A stretch of DNA of 64,000 nucleotides. Source: a virus. The notes beneath the pieces are model-generated. The model searched no databases, was not told the origin of the DNA, and was given only the letters and a program-made list of their open reading frames with translations. A program made the translations under genes and the position numbers. The stretch is from IMG/VR virus record IMGVR_UViG_3300043788_000023, positions 96,001-160,000 of that record; one strand, given 5' to 3'. Positions 53,606 through 64,000 of this stretch are shown piece after piece. How positions within the stretch are numbered: the stretch's first letter is position 1; each line of letters starts with the position of its first letter.

Positions 53606-56600
53606 TTACCCCGCTGTCACATAGTTAATGGTGATCGTGCCCGGTGCCAAGTACTCGGTCGGCGACACCGTGACGTCTTTTGCCCCGCCTTCGTTGAAGA
53701 CTTGGTATGTGACGAAGAAAGAAAGCTGCGCTGGAGTCGGGATGTCAAGCGGAACCGTCAAGGCAATCTTTCCGCTGTTAGCATCATCCGTGCCGTAGAT
53801 GTAGAACGAACCTGGCGTGGAGTTCACGATGCCTGGTGCGACGGCGAGATGCGGGACAGAGGGGCTGTTATTCAGGAAGTCCTGCAAGGACGTGGCACGG
53901 CGGAACACCTGACCTTGGTACAACACATCCACAATCGCAGTTGGCTGTCCCCCCGTTGCGATGGTGGTATCAGGCAGCACTGTGTTGGTGCTGATCCATG
54001 CGTTGTTCGTCTTGTTCGTCTGCGTCCAAGCTGTGCCCGTGGGAATAACGACGCCGATGTCGTATGAGCCGTCACTCTTCGCACACTTGACGAGCGGGAG
54101 TTCCACGCTTTGCACGCCCGTGATCGCTTGCACTTGGCTCACAAGCTCGGACTGAAACAGGGTGGTCGTGGAGTTGTCAAGCACCACGTTGATCGCTGTA
54201 CGGATGACCGGGTCAACTGTCGCGGCGTTGGTGTTCTTGTCAAGTGTGACCGTCATGGTGATGTCAACCGGGTTGGCAACCATCGCCTTGATAAGTACGT
54301 CCGCTGCTGCTGATTGAGTCTGAGCAATAGTGTTCGCCAGAAGCTCAACGAACGTCGGGTACTGGGTGGAGACTGTGAAAGTCTCGGTCACAAAATAAGA
54401 GACCAGCACTGTGCCGCCGTCTGGGATTCTTCCCGTGAGGATTCTCGCCAATGTGGCGGAACCGGATGTCGGGTCAACCGTGAGCGTGAAGTCAAGGTTC
54501 TCTTTATAAACCACTGTGGCAGGTGAGTTGGTGACCTTGATGTAGCGGGATTCGTGTGGAACTTGATTGCCCACTAGACCGACTGGATCAAAGGTCAAGG
54601 AGCCGATAACATCCAGCCCGCCGTCAGCGCCCAACAAGCCGTTCCAGCCGTCAAGCGTCAAATCAAAGCCCTGCTGCGTTACCGGGAACACGTCGGTTCC
54701 GATGGTGTAGCTTTCAGGCAGCCAAGTGTTGAATACGAAACCGTCGTTGTCCAGTGTGGTGGGCAACGTGCCGTTGAGCACCTGCGCCTCGCCGGATATG
54801 AAAGTCAGCCGTTCGTACAGAACGAACTTGTTATAGGCGACGACGATCTGTTGCCCGGCTTGGATCGCGCTTCCGGTCACGGTGCCCGAAGTCAGCGTCG
54901 GTCCAGTGTTGGCTTGAATGAACGTAGCCGTGAACTGGGTCGGCGAGGCTGTGGCGATTGTCACCGTCTGATTGTTGAGGATCGCAGCGAAGGTCGGGTC
55001 TTGAATACCGCTGAACTGTACCGATGCCCCTGCACCGAGGTCGTTAGCCGCAGATACGGTCAGCACGTTATTCACGATTGTAAGCTGCGTCAGCGTTGCG
55101 GTTGACGTGAGCGGCTGGATGCCGTACTGGTGGTACGGACCAAAAGCGACGATGTTGTAGTCCTTCCCGAACACGTATGAGGTGGACAGGTCAAGACTCA
55201 ACACGCTATTCACATTAAGGGGCACGCCGCCTGCGCCGAGGGGCTGATCCATGCCGATGTCAATGAGAGTCGGGGATGCTAGCGACCCCACGGTGATAGT
55301 CTTTTGCACCGGGGAACTGGTCAGGGACACTTGCACGATGTCGCCCGCCTTGTTTGATCCGCCGTTCAAAAGGAAATCAGACGTGTGTACCAAGGTCACG
55401 TCGGTGCTCGGCAAGACGCCCGATCCGGTCGCCGACCCAGTGACGGAGTAGATTTGAAGCACGGGCTGAAGCGCTGGGACGTGCGAGAACGGTGAGGCAA
55501 GCCTCATGAAGAGTGCAAAGGAGTACGTGTTTGTTGCAGCGCCCGACAACGCCGCCAAAGCTGCTTGGTTTGTCGCCGGGTTGTTGTTGAGCGTGAGGGG
55601 AACCTTCGCCTTCGTGGTTGAGTTGCCCACGTATTGGTAGGCTATGTCGTTCGGGTTGATGATAATCTGACCCGTCTGATTATTGAACTGCGCTCTGTCA
55701 AGCGACAGGTAGAAAGCGTTTGACGAACGGCTCACGAAAAGTTCAACGCCGTCGTACGGAGGAAACGGCAGCGCACCAAAGTTATTGATCTGGAATGTGT
55801 TGCTACCGATGAACGCCAGCGTGGAGTAGGTCTGCGTGTTCCCGTACACACCGTTGTCGGCGTAGGAGAACGGCACGAACTCGTCCTGCTGAGAGAACGT
55901 CGTACCCCTTGCGTAGATGTCCACCGCACCGAATACATGCTTCAGGCGAGTCGGGTCCCAGTCACGCAGCATCTCAAGATCGCCAGCCGCCACGACTTGT
56001 GCGGAGATGACGCCGGGGGTGCTGAGAGCGGTGACGAGGTAGCCGTTGGCTGAACTGCTATCGTTGCCTGTGAACTTGCGGGCTTGGATGCGTGCGGCAA
56101 ATGCAGAGTTGGATTCTTGGTCGGTGCCGAACGTAGCACCCACGAGGTTCGTCACATTCACGCCAGACGGAACGCCGTTTACTGTCTGCCTGATGGTGCC
56201 AGCCCCGACGTTTCCGATGGAGCCTGGCTGCGTGCATTGGGCGGGAACGCTTACGCCCCACCATCCAGTGCTCGTGTTGAAGAACGAGGCGAGATTAGCG
56301 ATGTTGATTGTTCCCTGACCCTGCGTGGTGAACGTGAGAGTACCTGTCGTACTATCGGGCACCGTGGAAACGGTGGCTCCCTCGGGGATCGTGATGCTGG
56401 ACGTGGGCTGCTGGTACGTGTAGAAAGTCAGCACCACGGTCGCCTGTGTTGATCCGAGGCGGGTCAATCCCGCTGCTTCGCCGAGAAGGTCAAACTGCTC
56501 ATTGATGAGGTTCTGTGTATCCTGCGGTGACAGACCGTAGGCACGGGCAATCTGCTGCTTGTACGGGCTGGACTGGAACGGATCGGAGAGTCCATTGCCG

Positions 56601-58681
56601 CTTGCGTTGTCAATCTGCGAGATGGCAGAGATTGAAGTTGAAACCCTCGCAAACCACTCACGGACGGACATATTGGCAAGCTCAATGGAGAACGGATCAA
56701 TGAAGATGTCTCGTACTTCGGAGCGTGGCGACAGGTCAAGGTCGGGAAGCTGCTTGTTGATCTGCGCGATCAGACGTCCTGCAATGTCCTCTTTGCGCTG
56801 GAGTACAGGGAAGTCGCTCGGATTGGCGACGTGCAGATTGACGTAGCCTGCCAGCAAAGGTCCATTCTCAACAGACTCGTACACGATGTTCGTCGTTGGG
56901 TCTTGGACGACTGTTGAGAACATCGCATAGAACTGGGTGGCGTTGATCGTGGAGAACGGGACATCCACGGTGCTGTAGTTCGTCAGCATGGAGGTGTCAG
57001 TCGTAGACGTAGTGCTCGTAGAGATCACGCTGACTGCCGTACCGTTGTCGGCGATTGAAGCTACTGCCCCGAGTGGTTCGGCGCTGTTGGCGTAGTTTGA
57101 GTGCGTGAAAGCTGCCCTGAATTGGAACGGGTTTGCTAAGGTAACAGTCAGGACTTGACCGTTCAGGAACGGCTCCGCTGTACCGCTGATGACCACCTGC
57201 TGTCCGACAGAGTAGCTATTCTGCGCCGTGACAGTGAGAACGTTACCGGAGATTGAAGTCGCAGAGATAACGTTGCCGTAAGAGTTCGTGCCATTGTCAG
57301 GGTTTGAGTAAGTGAACAACGACGTAAAGGCGGTCGGCGTTGCGGTCAGGATAGTCAGGCTCTCACCGTTGAGGAACGTGGCGTTCGCAAGACTTGCGAT
57401 CTCTACCACCATGCCGGGGACAAAACTGTTCTGCGCCACGATTGTCGCAAGGTTGTTAGCGAGCACCACGTTTGAGATGACCGCTGTCGGCACGTTGACC
57501 GATGTGTTTGAGGCGGATGTTATGACCGTACCCGTGGAACTGGAGATCGCCGTGACGAGGTCTCCGAACTGAGTGAACGGCGGGTTTACGCCTGCCGGGT
57601 CGGTGGAAATCTGCACTCTGACGCCGATGAAACCAGGGAAATCGGGAGTCACCCACTGCAACGTGCAATCAGTCTGGTTCTTTAGCGCAGAGATACCGGA
57701 AGGCGGAGCAATAGCAACTGAGAGGTCGCTTTGCGCGAACAGCAGGGAGAACCTAACTGTGGGCGTGATCGCCGTGGGTCCGATGTTCGCCCACACAAGC
57801 TGGTTGTCCAGCGTTGCCGCTTGCACTATTCCTGAGTCGGCAGCAGCAGGATAATCCGCCTGCGTGATGGGGGCAGTGAAGAACGTCGGGTTCGCATTGG
57901 AGATCGTTACGACCTGACCGTTGAGAAGTGCGTTGACAAAGCCCGTGAGGTACACGGACTGACCTACGACAAAGGTGTTGACGCAGGTGACGGTGAGCAA
58001 GTTCGCAGAAATGGACACCTGTGTGGCAGTCGTCGGAGGCTGTTTGCTCCAAGCAGGCTGTGGTACCACGCTGCCAGAATCAGAGATGTTCGTGAAGTTC
58101 CCGGCGACGATTGTTGATGTAAAGCCAGTGAACGTCGGGCCTGCGCCGATGAGCGCTGCGACGAGAACGGTCTGACCGTTGAGTACCGCTTCGGCGGTTC
58201 CGGTGAGAACGACGGGCTGTCCCACGGTGAACTTGTTGTTGCACGTCACAGTGAGGACGTTGTTCACGACGGAGGTCGCCGTGATAGACGACCCGGTTGA
58301 AGACGACGTTCCAGACCCGGTTGACTGAACCACGACCTCTACGTTTCCGAACGGATCAGCAAAGCGTGTGTTTAGCGGGTAGCTGGTGCCTGGTAGCCAG
58401 GTAGCGGTTGGATCGTAGTTACGACCGATGATCGTGACATTCGTCTGCGCAACCGAAGGGGTCAGCGGGATGGACTGAGTGAACTGGTTGAAATTTCCGA
58501 CGATTGAGAATGTGTTGATGGCATAGGGGGTGTTGTAAATTCCAACCTCTACACGGGTTGTGTGCTGGTCGGCATCAACTACGAGCGGAAGAACGGACGA
58601 GTCAATGGAGACCACACTCGTCCCGGTAGGCAGAACTGGGATCACCAGTTGAAGAGGCGACAATGTTGCCGAGGGTGCCAT
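53606..58681 (-). CDS. Baseplate J/gp47-like wedge protein, 1691 aa
   Basis: LTRLGSTQA...FTT...GSIGNVGAGTI...VTN...GTDQESN..FAARI; GAVDIYARG. Confidence 0.85.
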   Translation of the reverse strand: MAPSATLSPLQLVIPVLPTGTSVVSIDSSVLPLVVDADQHTTRVEVGIYNTPYAINTFSIVGNFNQFTQSIPLTPSVAQTNVTIIGRNYDPTATWLPGTSYPLNTRFADPFGNVEVVVQSTGSGTSSSTGSSITATSVVNNVLTVTCNNKFTVGQPVVLTGTAEAVLNGQTVLVAALIGAGPTFTGFTSTIVAGNFTNISDSGSVVPQPAWSKQPPTTATQVSISANLLTVTCVNTFVVGQSVYLTGFVNALLNGQVVTISNANPTFFTAPITQADYPAAADSGIVQAATLDNQLVWANIGPTAITPTVRFSLLFAQSDLSVAIAPPSGISALKNQTDCTLQWVTPDFPGFIGVRVQISTDPAGVNPPFTQFGDLVTAISSSTGTVITSASNTSVNVPTAVISNVVLANNLATIVAQNSFVPGMVVEIASLANATFLNGESLTILTATPTAFTSLFTYSNPDNGTNSYGNVISATSISGNVLTVTAQNSYSVGQQVVISGTAEPFLNGQVLTVTLANPFQFRAAFTHSNYANSAEPLGAVASIADNGTAVSVISTSTTSTTDTSMLTNYSTVDVPFSTINATQFYAMFSTVVQDPTTNIVYESVENGPLLAGYVNLHVANPSDFPVLQRKEDIAGRLIAQINKQLPDLDLSPRSEVRDIFIDPFSIELANMSVREWFARVSTSISAISQIDNASGNGLSDPFQSSPYKQQIARAYGLSPQDTQNLINEQFDLLGEAAGLTRLGSTQATVVLTFYTYQQPTSSITIPEGATVSTVPDSTTGTLTFTTQGQGTINIANLASFFNTSTGWWGVSVPAQCTQPGSIGNVGAGTIRQTVNGVPSGVNVTNLVGATFGTDQESNSAFAARIQARKFTGNDSSSANGYLVTALSTPGVISAQVVAAGDLEMLRDWDPTRLKHVFGAVDIYARGTTFSQQDEFVPFSYADNGVYGNTQTYSTLAFIGSNTFQINNFGALPFPPYDGVELFVSRSSNAFYLSLDRAQFNNQTGQIIINPNDIAYQYVGNSTTKAKVPLTLNNNPATNQAALAALSGAATNTYSFALFMRLASPFSHVPALQPVLQIYSVTGSATGSGVLPSTDVTLVHTSDFLLNGGSNKAGDIVQVSLTSSPVQKTITVGSLASPTLIDIGMDQPLGAGGVPLNVNSVLSLDLSTSYVFGKDYNIVAFGPYHQYGIQPLTSTATLTQLTIVNNVLTVSAANDLGAGASVQFSGIQDPTFAAILNNQTVTIATASPTQFTATFIQANTGPTLTSGTVTGSAIQAGQQIVVAYNKFVLYERLTFISGEAQVLNGTLPTTLDNDGFVFNTWLPESYTIGTDVFPVTQQGFDLTLDGWNGLLGADGGLDVIGSLTFDPVGLVGNQVPHESRYIKVTNSPATVVYKENLDFTLTVDPTSGSATLARILTGRIPDGGTVLVSYFVTETFTVSTQYPTFVELLANTIAQTQSAAADVLIKAMVANPVDITMTVTLDKNTNAATVDPVIRTAINVVLDNSTTTLFQSELVSQVQAITGVQSVELPLVKCAKSDGSYDIGVVIPTGTAWTQTNKTNNAWISTNTVLPDTTIATGGQPTAIVDVLYQGQVFRRATSLQDFLNNSPSVPHLAVAPGIVNSTPGSFYIYGTDDANSGKIALTVPLDIPTPAQLSFFVTYQVFNEGGAKDVTVSPTEYLAPGTITINYVTAG

Positions 58682-59475
58682 TAGCCGTTCATCCTAAGTG
58701 TGAATCCCAACGGAGCAGCCTGACCGCTGTAGTTAGACACGGTCGCACTGACCCTCACGACAGTCGGGTCTTGCTGGTCAATCGCTGCTGTTATGTTCAC
58801 AATGTCCTTCAAAATCTCCTGCGGGTCTAAGTTCTGTACGGTGCTTTGAGCCTGTTGCACCCTCTGCATGTTGGTTAGGGCGTTGACGACCGCAGTCTGT
58901 ATGTCTGTGTCTGTAATCTGAATACCGAGTTTGCGACCAACATAGCTCTTTATGGCGCAGACAAAGGTCGGGTAGAAGGGGCAGCGGGAGGTGAGAATCC
59001 ACTTCAAGGCCTTCTGTGCCAGCTTCGTCGCTTGCGTGACTTCAGAAAATGGGGCGCTCCCCACACCCAGCTTGAGGTCATTCAGGAAGCCCGTGGCGCT
59101 GCACTTCAGGCAGTAGTCTTGCCGGGAAATGTACGAGACCTCAATCAGCGGTAGAACAAGACGGACAGGGTTGTTGAACACGATCTTGTAGAAAATGTTA
59201 TCGGTTGTGAGGTCTATCCTGTCTGGGTCTAGTACCACTTGCCAGCCATAGATCGGGTCGGAGGAATGCACTTGCTGCCCGTGAATCCACATCTGAACCG
59301 ACTGAGCACCGTTGATGGGCGCACGTTGATTGATTGACGGTTGCCCAGCGTAGTTCAGAGTACGGAAGTCGTCCTGATTGACAACGTACCGCTCAAACCA
59401 CTGATGGTGGTCGCACGCGCCGATGGGTAGATTCGTCATCGGGTCAAACATCAGGATGTTATAGTCAAAGCTCAT
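58681..59475 (-). CDS. gp25/GPW-like baseplate wedge (sheath initiator) protein
   Basis: KLAQKALKWILT...YP..; C-terminal DPTVVRVSATV; upstream of the J-like gene. Confidence 0.65.
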   Translation of the reverse strand: MSFDYNILMFDPMTNLPIGACDHHQWFERYVVNQDDFRTLNYAGQPSINQRAPINGAQSVQMWIHGQQVHSSDPIYGWQVVLDPDRIDLTTDNIFYKIVFNNPVRLVLPLIEVSYISRQDYCLKCSATGFLNDLKLGVGSAPFSEVTQATKLAQKALKWILTSRCPFYPTFVCAIKSYVGRKLGIQITDTDIQTAVVNALTNMQRVQQAQSTVQNLDPQEILKDIVNITAAIDQQDPTVVRVSATVSNYSGQAAPLGFTLRMNG

Positions 59476-60158
59476 CAGGTTCCGAGTTCCCTTGTGTCAA
59501 CAGACGGTCCGGTTCCGGCAGGCGTAGAAGTTATCTGCTCAATCTCCCACTGTGTCGGGGCGTCAAGCTGGTTCACACGGAACCTCGGCTGCCCGCTCTT
59601 TTCCGGGTAGACATCCGTTTGGTCGTCTACCAAAACAGCTTCGTATTCCGGTTGACTGAAATAGCCGTTTATGCGGGTGATGAGGTTCTCCACCGTGTCG
59701 TTGGAGAACTGCGTCGGGTTCATGGCTAGGAAAGCCTTTTCAGCCTTATCTTCCGTCTTTTCAATAACATTGCGGAGATGGTTCATGGCGAACACACTCT
59801 CGTCCTGCCGCTGAAACTGCTCCTTCATGTAATCCTTGATCTGGTACATGGCGACCATCGGAAGCTGGTCGTCACGGTACGGGTAGTTGAAGCTTCCCTG
59901 CGGACCGGGTTTCCACGGCTCTTTCTTAAAAGTCGGAGCGAGCGTTTCATCGTTCAGCGTGGCGTAGTACTGTTCAAGCACACCAGCCGTCTTGCGGAGC
60001 ACCGCAGCACGAATTTGGAAGTGCTGCTGAATCGCAGAAAAATTCTTCTCACGAGCACGTACCCATGTGTTGAACGCATTCTGCTGCGTTTTTGAGAAGT
60101 GCCCTAAGAAGTTGAACGGCGGTCCGGCGTAGCCGTATACATATCCGTTTCCTGCCAT
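59475..60158 (-). CDS. Hypothetical structural protein
   Basis: 227-aa ORF with TGATG coupling. Confidence 0.6.
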   Translation of the reverse strand: MAGNGYVYGYAGPPFNFLGHFSKTQQNAFNTWVRAREKNFSAIQQHFQIRAAVLRKTAGVLEQYYATLNDETLAPTFKKEPWKPGPQGSFNYPYRDDQLPMVAMYQIKDYMKEQFQRQDESVFAMNHLRNVIEKTEDKAEKAFLAMNPTQFSNDTVENLITRINGYFSQPEYEAVLVDDQTDVYPEKSGQPRFRVNQLDAPTQWEIEQITSTPAGTGPSVDTRELGT

Positions 60159-60161
60159 TCA

Positions 60162-63071
60162 TCACTCCTGTGGTGCAAGGGTAAGCGCAACGGCGCATCC
60201 CGACGATTGGTTGCACGGCCAAACCACTCCGTACCCTCCGGCACCGTTCACCACCTGGTAGGCAAGAGCCGACGACCACGTGAATCCGTTAAACGAGGAC
60301 GGGTTGCCCAGCAACGTCCACCCGGCTGGCACACCACCGCCGCAGCCGCCAGTTACGCAGGAGAGGAGAACGTCGTGCTGGTTACCTGTGAAAAGTGTGC
60401 CCATGTTGTTGGTGACGCTTTGGCTGGCTGACGTGTACGCTTGGTTGATCGCGATAGGCGAACCGTCAACTTGGTAGCCGTAATTCGCTCCCTGCAACTC
60501 AACGACTGTGACAGCCAAGGCTGCGTTGTTTGCGTTGGCGTGGTGGCAACCCAAGTTGGTAATTTCAGCGTCGGTCGCTGGGGCGTTGACGTTCGCAACG
60601 GAAATCCAGCAAGCTTCCTCAAAGGAGTTGTAGCTCTTCGGGGTGACTCGGTTGTAAACGTTTCCGCCGTTGTCGTGGATGGACGGTTCTCCACCACCTG
60701 AAATCGTGGACCAGTCAAACTCGGAGAAGCCCATGACCATGATGTTCCCCGGCGTGGTAGCTTGGGGCAGCGGGATAAACGCGGTGCCCTGAACGCAGCC
60801 GAACTGACCAGGAAAGATCGTGTACGTGGCACGCTGCACGACGTTGATGCCGTACGTGATGGTGACCGGGAACGTGTACGTGGTGTTGCTGTAAAATGTC
60901 GTAGACAAACCGCTGACTGTGTCCGTGGCAACGAATCCGAGAAGGTCTGTGGTGCCCAACTGCTGGTTCGGCGGTGTGAACGCAATCGTGAACGTACTGA
61001 AGTACACGGTCTGACCGTTGACGGTGCCTGAAGAGTGGCTTTGCAGCGCACCGCTGCCGATGAGGTTCGCCCCAGATTGTGAACTGTTGAAGTAGAAATC
61101 CATCGTCATCGGATTGTTGTCAAGCGTGTATGCGGTTCCGGTGAGAATGTACTGTTGATTGGTGAGCGCCGTGTCGTTCGGGCTGATAGAGAACGCATAC
61201 GGGGTGGGTGCGATAAAGCCAGACCCAGTCAACGAAATAGCCCGTGACACGTTGGACATGTATGTGACGGGACCGTTGATGACGAATGCCGTGCCGGAAA
61301 GATAACTGAGAGTTCCAGTCAAGCTCGTGCGAAGATTGAAGCCGCCGTTGGAGGTGGAGAACGGCACAGCCACAGGCACGGTGTACCCCGTCAAGAAGCC
61401 GGAGGTGTTAAACTGCGCTGCAACGCTGCCCGTCTGAACGGAGGTTCCGCTGTCCGATGTGAATGAGGCAGTGACGGTGTTGGTGGTCTTGCCGCCCGTG
61501 CCGATCTGCTGCGGTGACATCGGTTCGCTCAGCGTAACGGTGAACACGTGGACACCGCCGTCAGCAGGCACAGTTGACGGCGACACAGCGACCGAAGTGG
61601 GGTTCGTCATGTAGTCAACTTCTACGCTGAATGCAATTCCGCCCGGTCCGCTCAACGATGCCGGGACGAACGTGTCGTAGCTCTTGTTGACGGAGTTGAA
61701 CCAAGCAATGTCCTCGGCGGTTACGGTAAGCTGCGTGGAAGCAGCGATGCCGGGAGGGAACGGGGTGCCGTTGTACTTGAGGCTGAACTGCCCGTCACTT
61801 GCGTCGTTGTACACGACGTTGAGGAGGCTCTGCGTGTTTCCGCTGAGCGTGAAGACGTTCGTGGCAGCAGAGGGTTTGTCTACAGCCTGACCATTGTAGG
61901 TCTGAAAGTTGAAGACGTGGGTCGGGTCGTTGTAGATGAAGAGCTTGCCTATCGTTCCCTCAAAGATCGGGATGTACTGCTTGTTCGCATACACGATCCC
62001 GTTCACGCTGACGTTCACCGTGATCTGGTTGCCCTGAATCTGAATGTTAGACTGCGCCAAGCTCAACTGCAAATTACCTGCGGGTGTCGTAGCCGGGGGA
62101 GCAGCCTGAAGAGCCACAGGCTTGATCACACCGCCTGATTCGCCGTTACCGGAAGCCGGAGGAATAGCACCCGTACCTGCGGCGTATGTCATCTGGAAGA
62201 ACGTCTGCGCGTCGCCGTTGTTCACGAACCATGAGAGGAACGGATAGATTCCGGGCGTCGGGAAGTTGATGTATACGTAATCAGTCGGCTGAGTACCGAT
62301 AGCCGGGGTGTTGCGGGTGCCCAACAGCGGCCATGCGCCGACTCCTGTCAGGGACGTGCCTGAGATCGCAGCGATGGCAGTGCTCGGGGAAGCTGGAGCG
62401 CCGCCGCCTGGCGTGGTCGTGAAAGCGCCAGCCACGTAGCTTGCGCCGCCGCCGATGTAAAGCGCCCAAGAGTCGTCAACCAAGAAGTAGAATGTCTGCA
62501 CGCCCGCTTGAGCCACAACAAGCTGCCCCTGCAAGAACGTGACGAAAGCGCCGTCGCCCTGTGCGCCCTGACCCCAACCAAGAGGCGTGCCGAGGGATGT
62601 CAGTGCGGTACCGTCTGACTTGACGTCGTCTAGCAGCGGTGGTGTGTGCCTCAACTGCCCGGTGTTGCCGTCGTCTGTGGTGAGACCCACGATGGGAACG
62701 CCCGTTCCGGCAGTACCGTTGGTGAAGACTTGGTTGATCACCACGGTGTCTCTGTTGAGCATCGTGCCGTATGACGAGCCAACGCCATGCCACGTGGGGT
62801 TCTCGCCGGGGTTAACGTATCCGGCGATAGTCAGGTTGCTGGCGAGGGACACAGTGCCGTTTGCCGCCTGCCATGCTACGAAGGCGTTGTTTGAGACGTA
62901 TGCGTGGTTGGCAATGGTAGCCGCTGCGCTGAACTGATCCTGACCGCCGTTCACACCCGTGAATGTGACGCTGGTTGAACCAGTGCCCGTGGTCGGGTCA
63001 ACGTTCACCGCGACCGTCTTGGTCTGCGGGTTGGCTCCGGTCACTGTTATCGTTATTGTCTCTGTAGGCAT
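60162..63071 (-). CDS. Large beta-rich virion/fibre protein with Ig-like and PA14-like regions
   Basis: 969 aa, T/G/S-rich; TFYFLVDDSWALYIGG PA14-like motif. Confidence 0.6.
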   Translation of the reverse strand: MPTETITITVTGANPQTKTVAVNVDPTTGTGSTSVTFTGVNGGQDQFSAAATIANHAYVSNNAFVAWQAANGTVSLASNLTIAGYVNPGENPTWHGVGSSYGTMLNRDTVVINQVFTNGTAGTGVPIVGLTTDDGNTGQLRHTPPLLDDVKSDGTALTSLGTPLGWGQGAQGDGAFVTFLQGQLVVAQAGVQTFYFLVDDSWALYIGGGASYVAGAFTTTPGGGAPASPSTAIAAISGTSLTGVGAWPLLGTRNTPAIGTQPTDYVYINFPTPGIYPFLSWFVNNGDAQTFFQMTYAAGTGAIPPASGNGESGGVIKPVALQAAPPATTPAGNLQLSLAQSNIQIQGNQITVNVSVNGIVYANKQYIPIFEGTIGKLFIYNDPTHVFNFQTYNGQAVDKPSAATNVFTLSGNTQSLLNVVYNDASDGQFSLKYNGTPFPPGIAASTQLTVTAEDIAWFNSVNKSYDTFVPASLSGPGGIAFSVEVDYMTNPTSVAVSPSTVPADGGVHVFTVTLSEPMSPQQIGTGGKTTNTVTASFTSDSGTSVQTGSVAAQFNTSGFLTGYTVPVAVPFSTSNGGFNLRTSLTGTLSYLSGTAFVINGPVTYMSNVSRAISLTGSGFIAPTPYAFSISPNDTALTNQQYILTGTAYTLDNNPMTMDFYFNSSQSGANLIGSGALQSHSSGTVNGQTVYFSTFTIAFTPPNQQLGTTDLLGFVATDTVSGLSTTFYSNTTYTFPVTITYGINVVQRATYTIFPGQFGCVQGTAFIPLPQATTPGNIMVMGFSEFDWSTISGGGEPSIHDNGGNVYNRVTPKSYNSFEEACWISVANVNAPATDAEITNLGCHHANANNAALAVTVVELQGANYGYQVDGSPIAINQAYTSASQSVTNNMGTLFTGNQHDVLLSCVTGGCGGGVPAGWTLLGNPSSFNGFTWSSALAYQVVNGAGGYGVVWPCNQSSGCAVALTLAPQE

Positions 63072-63083
63072 TGATCTTGTCCG

Positions 63084-64000
63084 TTATAGAAGCTGCGTCG
63101 GAAAACTCCCTGAGGACGGTGCCACAATCAGCGTACCGTCAGTGTAGACCAGCCACATAAAAGTCTTGGTAATCTGGACACCGGAATCCGTTACCGAGAC
63201 CACCAAATCGTTGTTTCCAGGCGCTCCGGCGTTGAATGGTCCGAGCAACGGGATGATCGCCGTCCTTGTCCCTGTGTTCAACTGGATGGTGCCCACCGTG
63301 ATCGCAGGGTTGCTCAGCGATACCGATATGGTGCTCGTGGAGGTGCTGACCACGTTTGTCGCCACGACGTGGAACGACAGGTTAATTTCGGGGTTGATCG
63401 TCGCCACGTTCCCGGCATCCACATAGCCGAGATAGAGGGTGCTCGTGCTGTCCGTAAAGTCAATTCCAGTCTGAAGATTGAGTCCGACGTTCACCGCGAC
63501 CGTGAACGCTTGGTCAACGTACGTGCCGAGTGTGTCCACCACACGGAAGAGCACGGACTTACTGTAGCCAGACTGGGTCGTGATACCGCTCACCAAACCA
63601 CTGGATGAGACTCCAATACCCGTAGGCAGCGGATTTGTGTTATTCGGTGAAAGCTGGAACGTGTAGGGCGTGTTCGGGCTGCCTACGGCCGTAAGCTGGA
63701 AGCTCTCCTGAATACCCGAGACGATGTTGATCGTGAACGGCGAATTGGTGAAGTGCAAGCCGGATGGCTGCGACGTGATAGTGATGCCAGTAACAGTCGC
63801 CACGGTTGACACGCTATCTGTCGCGTGGAACGTGAACGTCGCCGGGTTGGGGCTGAAATTGGACGGAACAGTGCCCGTGATGAGACCGCTGCTCGCCAGT
63901 GCCAAGTTCGGGGCGACAGTGTTCATGGGCGTCGGGCTGCTCGTCCACGTGTACGGCGGGACGCCGCCAGTGGCGATGAGTTGCACGCCGACAGTGCTCG
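63084..64000 (-). CDS. Putative Ig (He_PIG) repeat virion protein, 5' truncated by the window edge
   Basis: QLIATGGVPPYTW...GLITGT and LPTGIGVSSSGLVSG repeats. Confidence 0.75.
   Translation of the reverse strand, partial: STVGVQLIATGGVPPYTWTSSPTPMNTVAPNLALASSGLITGTVPSNFSPNPATFTFHATDSVSTVATVTGITITSQPSGLHFTNSPFTINIVSGIQESFQLTAVGSPNTPYTFQLSPNNTNPLPTGIGVSSSGLVSGITTQSGYSKSVLFRVVDTLGTYVDQAFTVAVNVGLNLQTGIDFTDSTSTLYLGYVDAGNVATINPEINLSFHVVATNVVSTSTSTISVSLSNPAITVGTIQLNTGTRTAIIPLLGPFNAGAPGNNDLVVSVTDSGVQITKTFMWLVYTDGTLIVAPSSGSFPTQLL

Noticed and set aside
1-64000. Genome-wide TAG reassignment (genetic code 15) suggested by the CUA tRNAs
   Set aside because: Long structural and metabolic ORFs are uninterrupted in code 11, and TAG acts as the stop for adk, nadV and the 37384 gene. 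Only two genes carry an early in-frame TAG.
1-64000. CRISPR array, rRNA, integrase or transposase
   Set aside because: No regularly spaced repeats or diagnostic motifs were seen.

Overview
This window is a segment of a large (jumbo-type) contractile-tailed phage genome, almost entirely coded on the minus strand. The host is inferred to be a diderm soil bacterium, possibly Acidobacteria. The two ends hold virion genes: tail sheath, neck and tail-completion candidates at 0.4-11.6 kb, and baseplate J-like, gp25-like and Ig/fibre proteins at 48-64 kb. Between them are a thymidine-hypermodification module, a NAMPT + NMNAT-Nudix NAD+ salvage pair, a UvrD helicase, a PP2C phosphatase and a GT2/deacetylase/galactose-oxidase/GH16 surface-glycan cluster. 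The most notable part is a translation-rescue island at 33.5-45.7 kb. (i) A Thr/Gln/Ile tRNA operon sits behind a classical leader-peptide attenuator (MNQTPTTRTTTTQRIT...) whose sensor codons match those tRNAs. (ii) Three ~34-nt NCCA-ended acceptor-stem minihelices lie upstream of that attenuator. (iii) An operon contains a Pth2-like gene and an HD gene, each with an in-frame TAG in its first 5 codons, followed by three CUA amber-suppressor tRNAs. (iv) The island also has a circularly permuted tmRNA, two related double-T-loop ncRNAs, a mini alanyl-tRNA synthetase with an out-of-frame start, and several tRNAs with C33 or chimeric bodies. All calls were made by eye without database searches.
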